DNA of 64,000 bases from Armatimonadota bacterium (GTDB taxonomy: Bacteria > Armatimonadota > SYMT01): NCBI GenBank assembly GCA_046292385.1, contig JBKBRF010000024.1:1-64000 (forward strand). Reading direction: 5' to 3'. Shown here piece after piece: positions 39,234-48,583 of the stretch. A program made the translations under genes and the position numbers. The notes below the pieces were generated by a model. That model worked only from the letters and a program-made list of their open reading frames with translations, was not told the origin of the DNA and did not search any database. Each line of letters starts with the position of its first letter. Within the stretch, counting starts at the first letter, position 1.

Positions 39234-41023
39234 CGGGGCGGCCTTTCGCCCGAAGCGCTCTCCGGAGCCTCCTCCCGCTCGACCACGCTCGTCAGCCAGT
39301 CCTCTGCCTCGGCAATCGCCGCGCGCGTCGCGTCGCCGCGCACGGGAGTCGCCCCGTAGGCGCGCACGGTTCCCGCCTCCTGCAGCTTTCCGGCGTGGAT
39401 CACCTGCTCATACATCGGATAGCTGAGACCGGTGAGATAGAGCCGGCCCTCCGCCGCTTCCACCCGCTCCGCGTAGGTGGTGAGCACGTCGATCAGGGTA
39501 GCGCCGAAGCTGCCGCGGCCCCGTAGGCGCAGGATCACCGCGGGATGGTGGGACCCTTCCGGTCGCGGCAGCAGCCGCTCCAACGTGTACGCGCCCGCGT
39601 AGAACAGATGACCGTAGACGTCGAGCACCGTCACCCGGGCGGAAGGCAGCTCCCGCGGCGCGCGCCGCTCCTCGACTCGCCCGTCCGGATGCGTCACCAG
39701 TTCCACCACCGAAACGTCCGTCGACGATTCATAGAGGTAGAGCAGGGCGGACAGCGCCACCCCGATGCCGACCGCCGCCTGGATCGGGAGGAAGAGCATC
39801 GCCAGGAAGGTGGTCATGCCGGCCACCCGGGAGGGCCAGCCGGCACGCCAGCTCGACTGCAGCGCCGACAGGCGGATGCTGCTCGCCCCGGCGAGGATCA
39901 GCAGCGCTCCCAGCGCGGGCATCGCCGTGTAGGCCACCAGACCTGGGATCGCGAGCACCACCACTGCCATCCACACGCCGGCCAGGACCACGGACCAGCG
40001 GCTGCGGCCCCCATAGAGCCGGTTCAGCGCCGTAGCGCTGACGGAGCCTCCCACCGGCAGTCCCTGGCACAGGCCGGAGGCGACATTCGCGGCCCCCTCC
40101 GCCACGAAGTCCCGGGAAAGATCGCTGCGGGAGCCATCCGGGTTGGAGACGATCTGGCTGACCCCCGCTCCCTGCACCAGGATGATGGTGGCCACCGCCA
40201 GGGCGCCGGTAAGCAGGTCGGGCGACAGCAGGGCGAGCGAGGGGAAGGCGGGCAGCGGCAGCCCGCGCGGGACCTCTCCCACGTCCGCCACGGTCTGCAC
40301 GCCGCCCATCCCGATGACGGCTATCAGGACGGAGGGAACGATCACCGCCACCAGCCGTCCGAGGTTGCCGATCCGAGTCTTCGGCAGGTAGAGCGCGAGC
40401 CCCAGCGTCAGGATGCCGGCCGCCAGCGACGGCAGGCTCACCTGCGGGAGGTTCGACAGCAGATCGAGCGCCTCCAGGAGCCGGTTGCTGCCGGAAGCGG
40501 CATACCCGGTGACGGTGCTGAGCTGGCTCAGGATCAGCAGCACGGAGACGCCGGTCAGGAAGCCGGTCATCACGGAGAACGAGACGAAGCGGATGAGCCG
40601 GCCCATCCCCAGCCACCCGAACAGCACCTGGAACGCCCCGGCCAGCAGCACGACCAGGAACAAGGCCTCCGCACGGGCTTCTCCTGTCCGCTCGGCCAGC
40701 GCCTGCCCGGTGGCCAGGGACGCCGCCGCGGTGGTGGTGATCATCATCAGCTGGGTGCTGGAGAAGAGCCCGCCTACGCCCGGTCCCAGCATCGCCGCGT
40801 ACAGCCCGTACGCGGGGCTGACGCCCACCACCACCGCGTTCGCCATGCCGTCCGGCACGTTGCTGATGGCGCTGTTCAGCCCGGCGACGCCGTCGCGAGA
40901 CAGCGTCCCGGAGCTCGGCAGCCGCGCTCGGAGCCGGTCGAGCACGCTTCGCTCCTCACCCTGGTCCGACGGTTCCGACGGGGCAGCCTCGGCTGCCCCG
41001 TCGGAGGGCTGAGACGGATCCAT
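39230..41023 (-). CDS. SulP/SLC26 anion permease with STAS domain (paralog)
   Basis: Same motif set; ATGA overlap with the downstream paralog. Confidence 0.9.
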   Translation of the reverse strand: MDPSQPSDGAAEAAPSEPSDQGEERSVLDRLRARLPSSGTLSRDGVAGLNSAISNVPDGMANAVVVGVSPAYGLYAAMLGPGVGGLFSSTQLMMITTTAAASLATGQALAERTGEARAEALFLVVLLAGAFQVLFGWLGMGRLIRFVSFSVMTGFLTGVSVLLILSQLSTVTGYAASGSNRLLEALDLLSNLPQVSLPSLAAGILTLGLALYLPKTRIGNLGRLVAVIVPSVLIAVIGMGGVQTVADVGEVPRGLPLPAFPSLALLSPDLLTGALAVATIILVQGAGVSQIVSNPDGSRSDLSRDFVAEGAANVASGLCQGLPVGGSVSATALNRLYGGRSRWSVVLAGVWMAVVVLAIPGLVAYTAMPALGALLILAGASSIRLSALQSSWRAGWPSRVAGMTTFLAMLFLPIQAAVGIGVALSALLYLYESSTDVSVVELVTHPDGRVEERRAPRELPSARVTVLDVYGHLFYAGAYTLERLLPRPEGSHHPAVILRLRGRGSFGATLIDVLTTYAERVEAAEGRLYLTGLSYPMYEQVIHAGKLQEAGTVRAYGATPVRGDATRAAIAEAEDWLTSVVEREEAPESASGERPPR

Positions 41024-41050
41024 GCCACCCTCCGTTCCGGAGCCCGCGGC

Positions 41051-42751
41051 TCAGGCGGCGAAGCGCTGCTCGCCCCGGCGGTACTTCACCTCGCGGGTGC
41101 CGAACAGCTCCAGGTCGAACGGCGCCGTGTCCTCGCCGATCTCCTCCCGCACCAGGGCGTGGAGCTTGGCGAGCATCCGCTCCACCAGCGCCGGATCGTG
41201 GGCGGGATGCTCCGGGTGCGCCAGGTTCTCCAGCTCGCCCGGGTCCCGCTGGAGGTCGTGCAGGGAGACGTCGCCCCCGGCGTAGAGCTCCTCCAGGGTA
41301 GCGGGGTTCCCGTACTCTTCCGGGCTGAACCAGCGGACGAGCTTGTACTGCCCGTCTACGACGGCACGGAAGAAGGTGCGCTTGCTGAAGTCCGGAGCGC
41401 CGTACTGCTCGCCGACCGCGTAGAGGCGGGAGCGGCGGTGCGCCTCCCGGTGGACCTCGGGCTCCGCTTCCTGAAGACTCAGGTCCGTCAGCTCCGGGAG
41501 CGCCCCGGTCACCGCCCACTCGGCATCCAGGGCGTGCAGCCCGTCCCAGCAGATCAGCGCGCCGTCACCCGGCGCGGCGGCGCTGCCCCGGGGGCCGTCG
41601 CTCTCCGGGTCCAGAATGACGCTCCGGAGGCTGCGCCCCTTCAGGTGAGGATACCGGGCGGAGATCTCCGCCGGGCTCAGGCCGGCGAGCTCCAGCAGCG
41701 TCGGGGCGAGATCGAGGTGGGACCCCACGGCCGCGGTGCGCCGCCCCTGCGGCCCGCCGGGCGCGCAGACCGTCAGGTTCACGACCGCCGCCTCGTCGAA
41801 GTAAATCGCTCCCTTCTGGGTCAGCCGGTGCGCCCCGTTCATCTCCCCGTGGTCGCCCGTGAAGATCACGACCGTGTTCCGCCACAGGTCGAGGCGATCG
41901 AGAGCGGCGAGGATCTGCTGGAACTGCGCGTCGACGAGCCGCATGCAGTTGATCAGGTAGTTCCGGTGCTTGAGCCAGAGGTCGGTCCGCTCGTCCGGGA
42001 TCGGTCCGAAGTGCAGGTCGACGTAGTCCTTGAACTGCCGGACCCCGGGCGCCTGGAGCCGGTAGTCGTCGGCGAAGTTCTCCGGCAGCGTCACCTCCCA
42101 CTCCTGCTGGAACCAGCCGAGCTGCTGGACGGTCGAGTGGAGGCCGGCGATCATGCCGTTCGGATGCGGCTCCTGGACCGGATCGGTCTGGAGGAACATC
42201 ACGTCGTGCGGGTTGATCAGGCTGCAGACCAGCAGCCACGGCTGGTCGAGGTCTCCCGCCCGGTGCTCCAGCCAGTCGACCGTCTCGAACGCGGCGACGC
42301 CGTCGAGCTGCTCCCCCTGGAGCGGCGCCCCGAACATCTCGCCCCACTGCTGGAAATCGGCGAAGCCGTACTCCTCCAGGGCGTCCTCCCGGCGCGCCAC
42401 GCTGGAGAGATGCCACTTACCTTTAAAGGCGGTGTAGTAACCCTGCTCCCGCAGCATCTGGCCGATGGTGGGGAACTCGTGCGAAAGCTCGTCGATCCAG
42501 GTGTAGTTGGTGTTGTCCCAGAGGCCGGTATGCCGGGCGTGGACTCCGGTCCACATGGCGGCCCGGGAGGGGGTGCAGATCGGCACGGTGCAGTACTGCC
42601 GGTCGAAGGTGACCCCCTGCGCCTCCAGGCGCTCCATCGCCGGGAAGCGCACCGCCTCCGGCACCTGCATGTGGGTGTCCCACTGGTCCATGCACAGGAT
42701 CAGGATATTCGGCCGCTCCGCGGGCGGTACCGCGCTCTCTTGGCTCGCCAT
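41051..42751 (-). CDS. Cys-type (formylglycine) sulfatase, cytoplasmic
   Basis: PNILIL..DQ, CTPSR signature, GKWHL, GDHG; no signal peptide. Confidence 0.92.
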   Translation of the reverse strand: MASQESAVPPAERPNILILCMDQWDTHMQVPEAVRFPAMERLEAQGVTFDRQYCTVPICTPSRAAMWTGVHARHTGLWDNTNYTWIDELSHEFPTIGQMLREQGYYTAFKGKWHLSSVARREDALEEYGFADFQQWGEMFGAPLQGEQLDGVAAFETVDWLEHRAGDLDQPWLLVCSLINPHDVMFLQTDPVQEPHPNGMIAGLHSTVQQLGWFQQEWEVTLPENFADDYRLQAPGVRQFKDYVDLHFGPIPDERTDLWLKHRNYLINCMRLVDAQFQQILAALDRLDLWRNTVVIFTGDHGEMNGAHRLTQKGAIYFDEAAVVNLTVCAPGGPQGRRTAAVGSHLDLAPTLLELAGLSPAEISARYPHLKGRSLRSVILDPESDGPRGSAAAPGDGALICWDGLHALDAEWAVTGALPELTDLSLQEAEPEVHREAHRRSRLYAVGEQYGAPDFSKRTFFRAVVDGQYKLVRWFSPEEYGNPATLEELYAGGDVSLHDLQRDPGELENLAHPEHPAHDPALVERMLAKLHALVREEIGEDTAPFDLELFGTREVKYRRGEQRFAA

Positions 42752-42820
42752 CTGGTCCTCCCGAGCTCTCGAATTGCCTTCCGGATCAATCCGTCCCCGT
42801 CACCCCGCCGCGGGCTCCGC

Positions 42821-43750
42821 TCAAGAAGCGGCCCGCCTTCGGCCCGGCGGCGCGTTCCGCCCGCTCTCCTCCCCGGGGGCGTCGGAGGCGGCGCCGGCGC
42901 TCTCCGCGCTGCTCCGTTCGACGTGGCGGCCCATCGCGCGCGCGATCGGGAACAGCAGGAGCATCGACACGACCGACACCACCACTACCATCACCAGCAC
43001 TTCTTCGTCCGCGAAGCTCTGCGCCACCACCAGCGCCGCGGCGAAGTTCCGCTGGGAGGTGACCAGGGCCATCTCGTCCCGGGTGTCCGGCCGGAAGCCG
43101 CCGAGCAGGTACCCGCTGGCGAGGGCGCCGCCGAGCACCAGCAGCGCCGCGAGGATGGCGCCGGTGCCGAATACGCCCACGATCGCTCGCACGTTCACCA
43201 CCACCGTCAGGATGACGAGCAGCACGAGTGAGACGTTGGCCGTCTTCGCCGCCAGCGGCTGGAGACGGGCCCCCCAGGACGGGGCGAGCCCTCTGAGCGC
43301 GACTCCCAGCCCCAGCGGCAGAAGCATCGTCAGCAGCAGCGGCCGGGCGATGGCACCCGCCCCGATCGTGACGTCCGGCACCGCCAGGGGCACTACCACC
43401 GGCATGTAGACGATCGTCGCCAGGAGCATCAACACCAGCAGCCCGGCCGTGAACGGCACGTCGCCCCGGGCGATCTCCACCAGCTTGACTGCGAACGGAG
43501 CGCCCGCCGCCAGCGCGATCAGGACCAGGCCCAGCTCCAGCGAGCGGTCGAGCGTGAGCAGGCGCGAGATGGCGTAGGCGAGCAGCGGGACGACGACAAA
43601 GTTCGCCGCCAGGGCGAGCGCCACTCCCCGCACGTGGCGAAGCGGCTCGAGGATCTGCTTCGGCGTGTAGCTGAGCCCGACCGACAGCATGCTCGCCACG
43701 GCGAAGACCGGCACCGCCAGGCCCAACAGGCGTGAGAGTAACTCGACCAT
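42821..43750 (-). CDS. bile acid:Na+ symporter (BASS) family transporter
   Basis: MLSVGL, ANFVVVPLLA, GAPFAVKL, QRNFAAA; TGATG overlap with the FGE gene. Confidence 0.85.
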   Translation of the reverse strand: MVELLSRLLGLAVPVFAVASMLSVGLSYTPKQILEPLRHVRGVALALAANFVVVPLLAYAISRLLTLDRSLELGLVLIALAAGAPFAVKLVEIARGDVPFTAGLLVLMLLATIVYMPVVVPLAVPDVTIGAGAIARPLLLTMLLPLGLGVALRGLAPSWGARLQPLAAKTANVSLVLLVILTVVVNVRAIVGVFGTGAILAALLVLGGALASGYLLGGFRPDTRDEMALVTSQRNFAAALVVAQSFADEEVLVMVVVVSVVSMLLLFPIARAMGRHVERSSAESAGAASDAPGEESGRNAPPGRRRAAS

Positions 43751-44703
43751 CAGCGTCCTTCCACGGCACGCGGGTGCCCGGTATCGACCTTTTCCCGCCG
43801 CAGCACGCAGCGGAAACCCAGGTGACAGGCCGAAGTATCGACCGCCTCCCCCTGCCGCGCCGCCGGCCGGTAGCGCAGGCAGTAGTTGGGGGCACAGAGA
43901 TGGGAGCCGCCCTTCAGTACCCGGCGCGGGATGGAGCTGGCGGCTGCCTCCGCGGAGGAGACGCGCGGGTTCCGCGGGATACAGCACGGCTTGTCGGCCG
44001 CGGGAGGGTGGCGGGGTCGGAAGAAGTCGCTCGTCCACTCCCAGACGTTGCCCGCCATGTCGTAGAGCCCGTAGCCGTTCGGGGGGAAGGCGCCGACGGG
44101 TGAGGTGCCCTCATAACCGTCGGCCCGCAGGTTCTGCCAGGGGAACTCGCCCTGCCAGGTGTTGGCGAGCACCCTCCCCTCCGGCGCGTGCTCGTTGCCC
44201 CAGGCGAAGTCGGCGCCCTCCAGCCCGCCGCGGGCGGCGAGCTCCCACTCCGCCTCCGTCGGCAGCTCCTTACCTGCCCAGGCGGCGTACGCCTCCGCAT
44301 CCTCATAGGCGACGTGGGTCACCGGGTGGAGCTCCCGGCCGGCGAGGGTGCTGCCCGGGCCTTCGGGGTGCCGCCAGCACGCCCCGGGCACGTACGCCCA
44401 CCACGCGCGGAAGTCGCGCAGGCTCACGCGGCGCGGAGGCTTCCGGAAGACGAGCGAGCCGGCCACCACCAGGCGGGGGTCCGCTCCGGGATAGTCGGCC
44501 GGGTCCGGCGGGCGCTCGGCCACCGTCACGTATCCGGTCGCCTCCACGAACCGGGAAAACTCCGCGTTCGTGACCGGATACGGGTCGATCCAGAACCCCT
44601 CGACGAAGACGGAGTGGACCGGCCGCTCTTCCGGATAGAAGTCGTTCGACCCCATCGCGAAGGTGGCGTCCGGGATCCGGACCATCGCGTCGCCGGGTGT
44701 CAT
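43750..44703 (-). CDS. formylglycine-generating enzyme (sulfatase maturase)
   Basis: FAMGS..YPEERP, LPTEAEWE.AARGG, DMAGNVWEW, KGGSHLCAPNYC.RYR, HLGFRC. Confidence 0.93.
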   Translation of the reverse strand: MTPGDAMVRIPDATFAMGSNDFYPEERPVHSVFVEGFWIDPYPVTNAEFSRFVEATGYVTVAERPPDPADYPGADPRLVVAGSLVFRKPPRRVSLRDFRAWWAYVPGACWRHPEGPGSTLAGRELHPVTHVAYEDAEAYAAWAGKELPTEAEWELAARGGLEGADFAWGNEHAPEGRVLANTWQGEFPWQNLRADGYEGTSPVGAFPPNGYGLYDMAGNVWEWTSDFFRPRHPPAADKPCCIPRNPRVSSAEAAASSIPRRVLKGGSHLCAPNYCLRYRPAARQGEAVDTSACHLGFRCVLRREKVDTGHPRAVEGR

Positions 44704-45257
44704 GCGAGGTCCCGAGGTCCCAACCCCGCTTCCGACACACTCTTCCCGGCAGCCGTCCCCTCCGTCTCTGCCAGCAACCGGCCCAGGTCGAGCGGCCTCG
44801 TGTACATCTCGATCGTGCCGTCGGCGGCGCGCGGCCACTCCTCGCGGGGCCGGTCCCAGTAGAGCTCGATGCCGTTCCCGTCCGGATCCTGCAGGTAGAG
44901 CGCTTCGCTCACGCCGTGGTCGCTCGCTCCCTGCAGCGGGATGCCGGCCTCCACCAGCCGGCGCAGCGCGTCTGCCAGCTCCGCCCGCGTGGGGTAGAGG
45001 ATTGCCAGGTGATAGAGCCCGGTCGTGCCCGCCGGCGGCGGGCCGCCGCCCCGGCTTTCCCAGGTGTTGAGGCCGAGGTGGTGGTGGTACCCGCCGGCGG
45101 AGAGAAACGCGGCCTGCGAGCCGTACCGCTGCGTCAGCTCGAAGCCGAGGACGCCGCGGTAGAAGGCGAGGGCCCGCTCCAGGTCGGCCACCTTGAGATG
45201 GACGTGTCCGATCCGGACCCCGGGCCCGATCGGCCGCGCAGACGCAGACTCACTCAT
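44700..45257 (-). CDS. VOC/glyoxalase family protein (CatE-like)
   Basis: IGHVHLKV, GGYHHHLGLNTW, DHGVSEALYLQDPDGNGIELY. Confidence 0.9.
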   Translation of the reverse strand: MSESASARPIGPGVRIGHVHLKVADLERALAFYRGVLGFELTQRYGSQAAFLSAGGYHHHLGLNTWESRGGGPPPAGTTGLYHLAILYPTRAELADALRRLVEAGIPLQGASDHGVSEALYLQDPDGNGIELYWDRPREEWPRAADGTIEMYTRPLDLGRLLAETEGTAAGKSVSEAGLGPRDLA

Positions 45258-45288
45258 GGCGTTCCCCCGAGCTCCCGCGAGCTCTTCG

Positions 45289-45852
45289 TCAGGCGGCGGC
45301 GCGCCGCCGCGGCTCCTCCGGGCGGAGCGCCCGCAGCCGGAAGGCGAGGACGAGCATCCCGATTCCGAAGATCAGCGCGTACGCCGCCAGCAGCCACACC
45401 CAGGCGAGCAGGCCGGCCCGCGGCATCAGCGCGATCAGGATGCCGAGACCGATCGACAGCACCCCGCCGAGCGCCAGAACCCACTCGCCCTCGATCTCCT
45501 CGCGCAGCCGCACGGCGGCGGCGATGCCCAGGATGCCGGTGACGATCGCCCAGGCCGCGATCAGGTAGATCAGCGCGAGCGCGGTAATCCCCGGCCAGAC
45601 GAAGGCGATGATGCCCGCGAGGATGCCGACGATGCCCGCCAGCAGCAGCATGCCCCAGGGCCGCTGCCGCTCCGCGGAGCGGATGGCGGCGAGGATGGTG
45701 AAGATCCCGTCGGCCAGCGCATAGGCGCCCCACAGCCAGACGAGCGTCAGCAGCGTGATTCCCGGCCAGGCGAAAGCGAGGAGGGCGAAGAGGATCGCGA
45801 GCACACCCCGCAGCGCGACTACCCACCAGTTGCGAGCCAACTGCTCTCGCAT
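45289..45852 (-). CDS. HdeD/DUF308 membrane protein
   Basis: NWW..ALRG..AILF, WPGIT twice, RLREEIEGEW; GGGAGG RBS. Confidence 0.88.
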   Translation of the reverse strand: MREQLARNWWVVALRGVLAILFALLAFAWPGITLLTLVWLWGAYALADGIFTILAAIRSAERQRPWGMLLLAGIVGILAGIIAFVWPGITALALIYLIAAWAIVTGILGIAAAVRLREEIEGEWVLALGGVLSIGLGILIALMPRAGLLAWVWLLAAYALIFGIGMLVLAFRLRALRPEEPRRRAAA

Positions 45853-46038
45853 ACGTGCCTCCCTCTGCCCGCCCACAGCACTCCGGAGTTCACCGCTGTG
45901 GGCGGGTCTTTAGCGAGATACCCACCGGCCAGTTCTCCTGAAGCACAGCCCCTCGGCATTCCCAAACAGGGTGTCAAGAGGCCCACCCCCGGTGCGGTCC
46001 GTGGTGCCGAGCCTCGCCGCGCCGGGGGTTTCCTCGCC

Positions 46039-46233
46039 TTACGACGCCGAGTCCGGCGCGCCGGTCTGGCTCATCCGGATGATCGGCTTCACCGTGACGC
46101 CTTTCTCGCTGTCCGCCGCGGCCTCGTTGATCTGGTCGAGGGGGTACGACTTCACGAGCCGGTCGTAGGGGAAGCGTCCCTGCAGGTGCAGCTCGATGAG
46201 CTGGGGAATGAAGACATCCGGGACGCTCTCGCC
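46039..46233 (-). pseudogene. C-terminal remnant of a Zn-dependent (aryl-)alcohol dehydrogenase
   Basis: Manual translation [54 protein letters not shown]...stop; no start and no homologous upstream part; absent from the ORF track. Confidence 0.8.
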
Positions 46234-46627
46234 CTGCCTTAGGTCGTGAGATTGACCGGCACTTTCAGGGGCGCCGGATCACGCGAGAGCAGACGGCGCG
46301 CGGCGGGGGTGGGGCGGCTGACCTTGAATGGTGGGAAGATGCGACACCCCGGCTTACCAAAGGTCAACTTATCGGAGCGTCGGTTCTGGCTCAGGTCGGA
46401 TATACTGCTACTAAGACCGCAAGTTTTTTTGCGAAGCCCCCTATTTTAGCTATGCCGCAGCACCGAACGATCGTCGTCGCAGCGCCGCTCATCCGAAATC
46501 GGGTGACGCCGCACCTGCTCTTCCGGGCCAATCAGGCCGGGCAGGTCGCCGACGTACGCCAGCTCCTGCGGAAGGTGGTAGAAAGAGGATTTCCGGGCTA
46601 AAGCAAGACTACAGCTTGCAGCATTTT

Positions 46628-46661
46628 GACCCGGAGATCCTTCACGATCTCCGGGTCTTTT
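46628..46661 (+). terminator. intrinsic terminator / attenuator hairpin
   Basis: GACCCGGAGATC-cttcac-GATCTCCGGGTC then TTTT. Confidence 0.7.
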
Positions 46662-46955
46662 GTTACGTGCCGGGAGGCAGCGGGGGGCCCCGGCTGCCGT
46701 GGGACGAGGATGGTATGCGTTCGCAGGGACTGATGAGAACAGGTTTTCCTATCTCCGGGCCGCCGATGAATGACGGGGCGGTCGGTACCCGCCGCCGCAG
46801 CTTCGCTGCGACGGAAGCGTGCGCGCTCGTCCGCATTTCATCCGAGGTAACAGGCACCTATTCCGGACGCAGCGGTGACTCGCTGCACCTCTGGACGCAC
46901 GCCCCTCACTTACCGGGATCTTGCAAATAACCTGAATCACAGCAGGTAAACGCAA

Positions 46956-46987
46956 AGATCCCGAGGCGCAGGCCGCGGGATCTTTTT
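46956..46987 (+). terminator. intrinsic terminator / attenuator hairpin
   Basis: AGATCCCG...CGGGATCT then TTTT, just upstream of ORF 47014. Confidence 0.65.
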
Positions 46988-47469
46988 ACGTACCTGCCGC
47001 AGGGGCGAGCTGCATGAAAACGGAGTGCTGGATGAGGAAAGTGGAGCGCCGTGCCTGGCTGCTGGTGACGGTGACTTGCGTCGCGGCGGCGCTGCTCTCT
47101 TTTGCCGGCACGGGCAGTTGGAATCACGAAGACCGGGTCTTATTCTCGCTGTTTCGATTGCCGGAGTCGCTCCGTTTCTTGTTGATACTGCTGGCGGGGA
47201 GCACCTGTGCCCTCTGCGTGGCAGTGATGTTGACCGCCGTTATTGTGGAAGTCCGCCGGGCGCAGGTTCTGTGTCACAGCCCCGGCGGAGGAGTGGCCCC
47301 GTTCTCTCCTGGTCCGCCAGAGAAGAGCGGGTGGGATTCGGGGAGCTGGCGCGCCGCGTCAGGCTCCGAGCTTTCCGTGGAGGAAGCGCCAGTAACGACG
47401 CGTGCCGGGGAGGCCCTAACGGGCTCATCCCTGCGCCGCCTGACCGAAGAAATCGAAGGAGACAGATCG

Positions 47470-47778
47470 ATGATCAGCCCATCACAGTCCAGCCGCAATC
47501 CCACCGGATACGTACCCCAGGCCGTGATCTCCGGGAGCCAGGTACGGCTTCAGGTCCTCGGCGAGTCCGAGGAGTGGGTGGTAACCGTGGTTAGTAGCCA
47601 CCTGGCCGACCCGGACGCGGATCGCATCTCCGAAGAGTGCCCGATCGGGGAGGCGCTCCTGGGACGCCGCGCGGGAGACGTCATCGCGGTGGAAGTTCCC
47701 GTCGGACGCGTGCAGTATCGCGTGCTCTCGGTGTCCCCCCCGGATCCCCAAGACGAGCTCGGAAGCGCCGAGGCTTAG
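47470..47778 (+). CDS. GreA/GreB C-terminal-domain protein (possible in-frame 2-TM extension from 47014/47032)
   Basis: ADPDADRISEECPIGEALLGRRAGDVIAVEVPVG; AAGGAG RBS before ATG 47470; no acidic coiled coil. Confidence 0.75.
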   Translation: MISPSQSSRNPTGYVPQAVISGSQVRLQVLGESEEWVVTVVSSHLADPDADRISEECPIGEALLGRRAGDVIAVEVPVGRVQYRVLSVSPPDPQDELGSAEA

Positions 47779-47821
47779 TCGCGGGCGGGTGCGGGGCGGG
47801 CGGGTGGAAGGAGGAGACGAA

Positions 47822-48511
47822 TTGAAGGAGGCGGAGTCAATCCGGGTCCGGTACGACCACCGGGAAACGGGCTGGGCGGTGGCCCTGGGCGAGGGCCTCG
47901 CGATGATCGACAACGTGCCCCTGAGCCCCCGCTGCAATCTGGGGGACGTGGTCCGGCTGGCGCCGTCCGGTCCGGACGGCCTGCCCGGGGTAGCCGACGT
48001 GGTGCACCAGCGGTTCACCGCCAAGACCGTGCTCTACTACTACGGCGCCGAGGAGCGGCAGCTCCTCTTCAGCCTGCTCACGGTGCTCGGCTGCGCGATC
48101 GAAGACGCCCGGAAGCCGCTCGATTTCACGCCCGGGCTGCTCCTGGTGGCGCACGACCGGCGGATCTGTCCGGACCTGCTGGCACGAGCCGCCGGGGTCC
48201 CGCAGCCGGCCGGTACTCCGAGCCGCGTCGCCCTGGAGGGCGGCACGCTGGTGGCGGATGCGGGCCACCTGCGTGTCGAGCGCCCGGACGGCTCGGAGGT
48301 GGCGAGCTGGGAGCAATCCGAGTGGACCGCCCGCCCGGAGGTGGCGGTAGAGGTACTCGACACCCTCCACCGCTGCCTCTGCCGTGGGGCAGGCGCGGCG
48401 CGGCAGGGCCTTTCCGAAGGCGAGAACGGCCCGAGGTCCGAAGGCCGGGGGCCGGCGCTGAGAGAGCGGCCACTCCACGCGCGGTTCCGGCGCTGGCGCA
48501 GTCTTGGCTAG
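47822..48511 (+). CDS. hypothetical protein
   Basis: GGAGGAG RBS plus TTG; host-like codon bias; ETGWA..IDNVP...LGDVV motif. Confidence 0.65.
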   Translation: MKEAESIRVRYDHRETGWAVALGEGLAMIDNVPLSPRCNLGDVVRLAPSGPDGLPGVADVVHQRFTAKTVLYYYGAEERQLLFSLLTVLGCAIEDARKPLDFTPGLLLVAHDRRICPDLLARAAGVPQPAGTPSRVALEGGTLVADAGHLRVERPDGSEVASWEQSEWTARPEVAVEVLDTLHRCLCRGAGAARQGLSEGENGPRSEGRGPALRERPLHARFRRWRSLG

Positions 48512-48583
48512 AAAACGCCCGCGCTCCCTCGGAGGGGAGCCGGCGCGTGGCTTCAGGGTCTTGAAAGCAGGGGGAGTGAATCG

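Noticed and set aside
39545..43231. 1228-aa plus-strand ORF (also 9829-12027, 14349-16730, 19925-22054, 34135-36117, 56580-59375)
   Set aside because: Antisense shadows of well-supported genes in high-GC DNA; no recognisable motifs.
46447..46590. Short minus-strand frame SSFYHLPQELAYVGDLPGLIG...
   Set aside because: Looks coding-like, but has no start and no recognisable family; cannot be supported.
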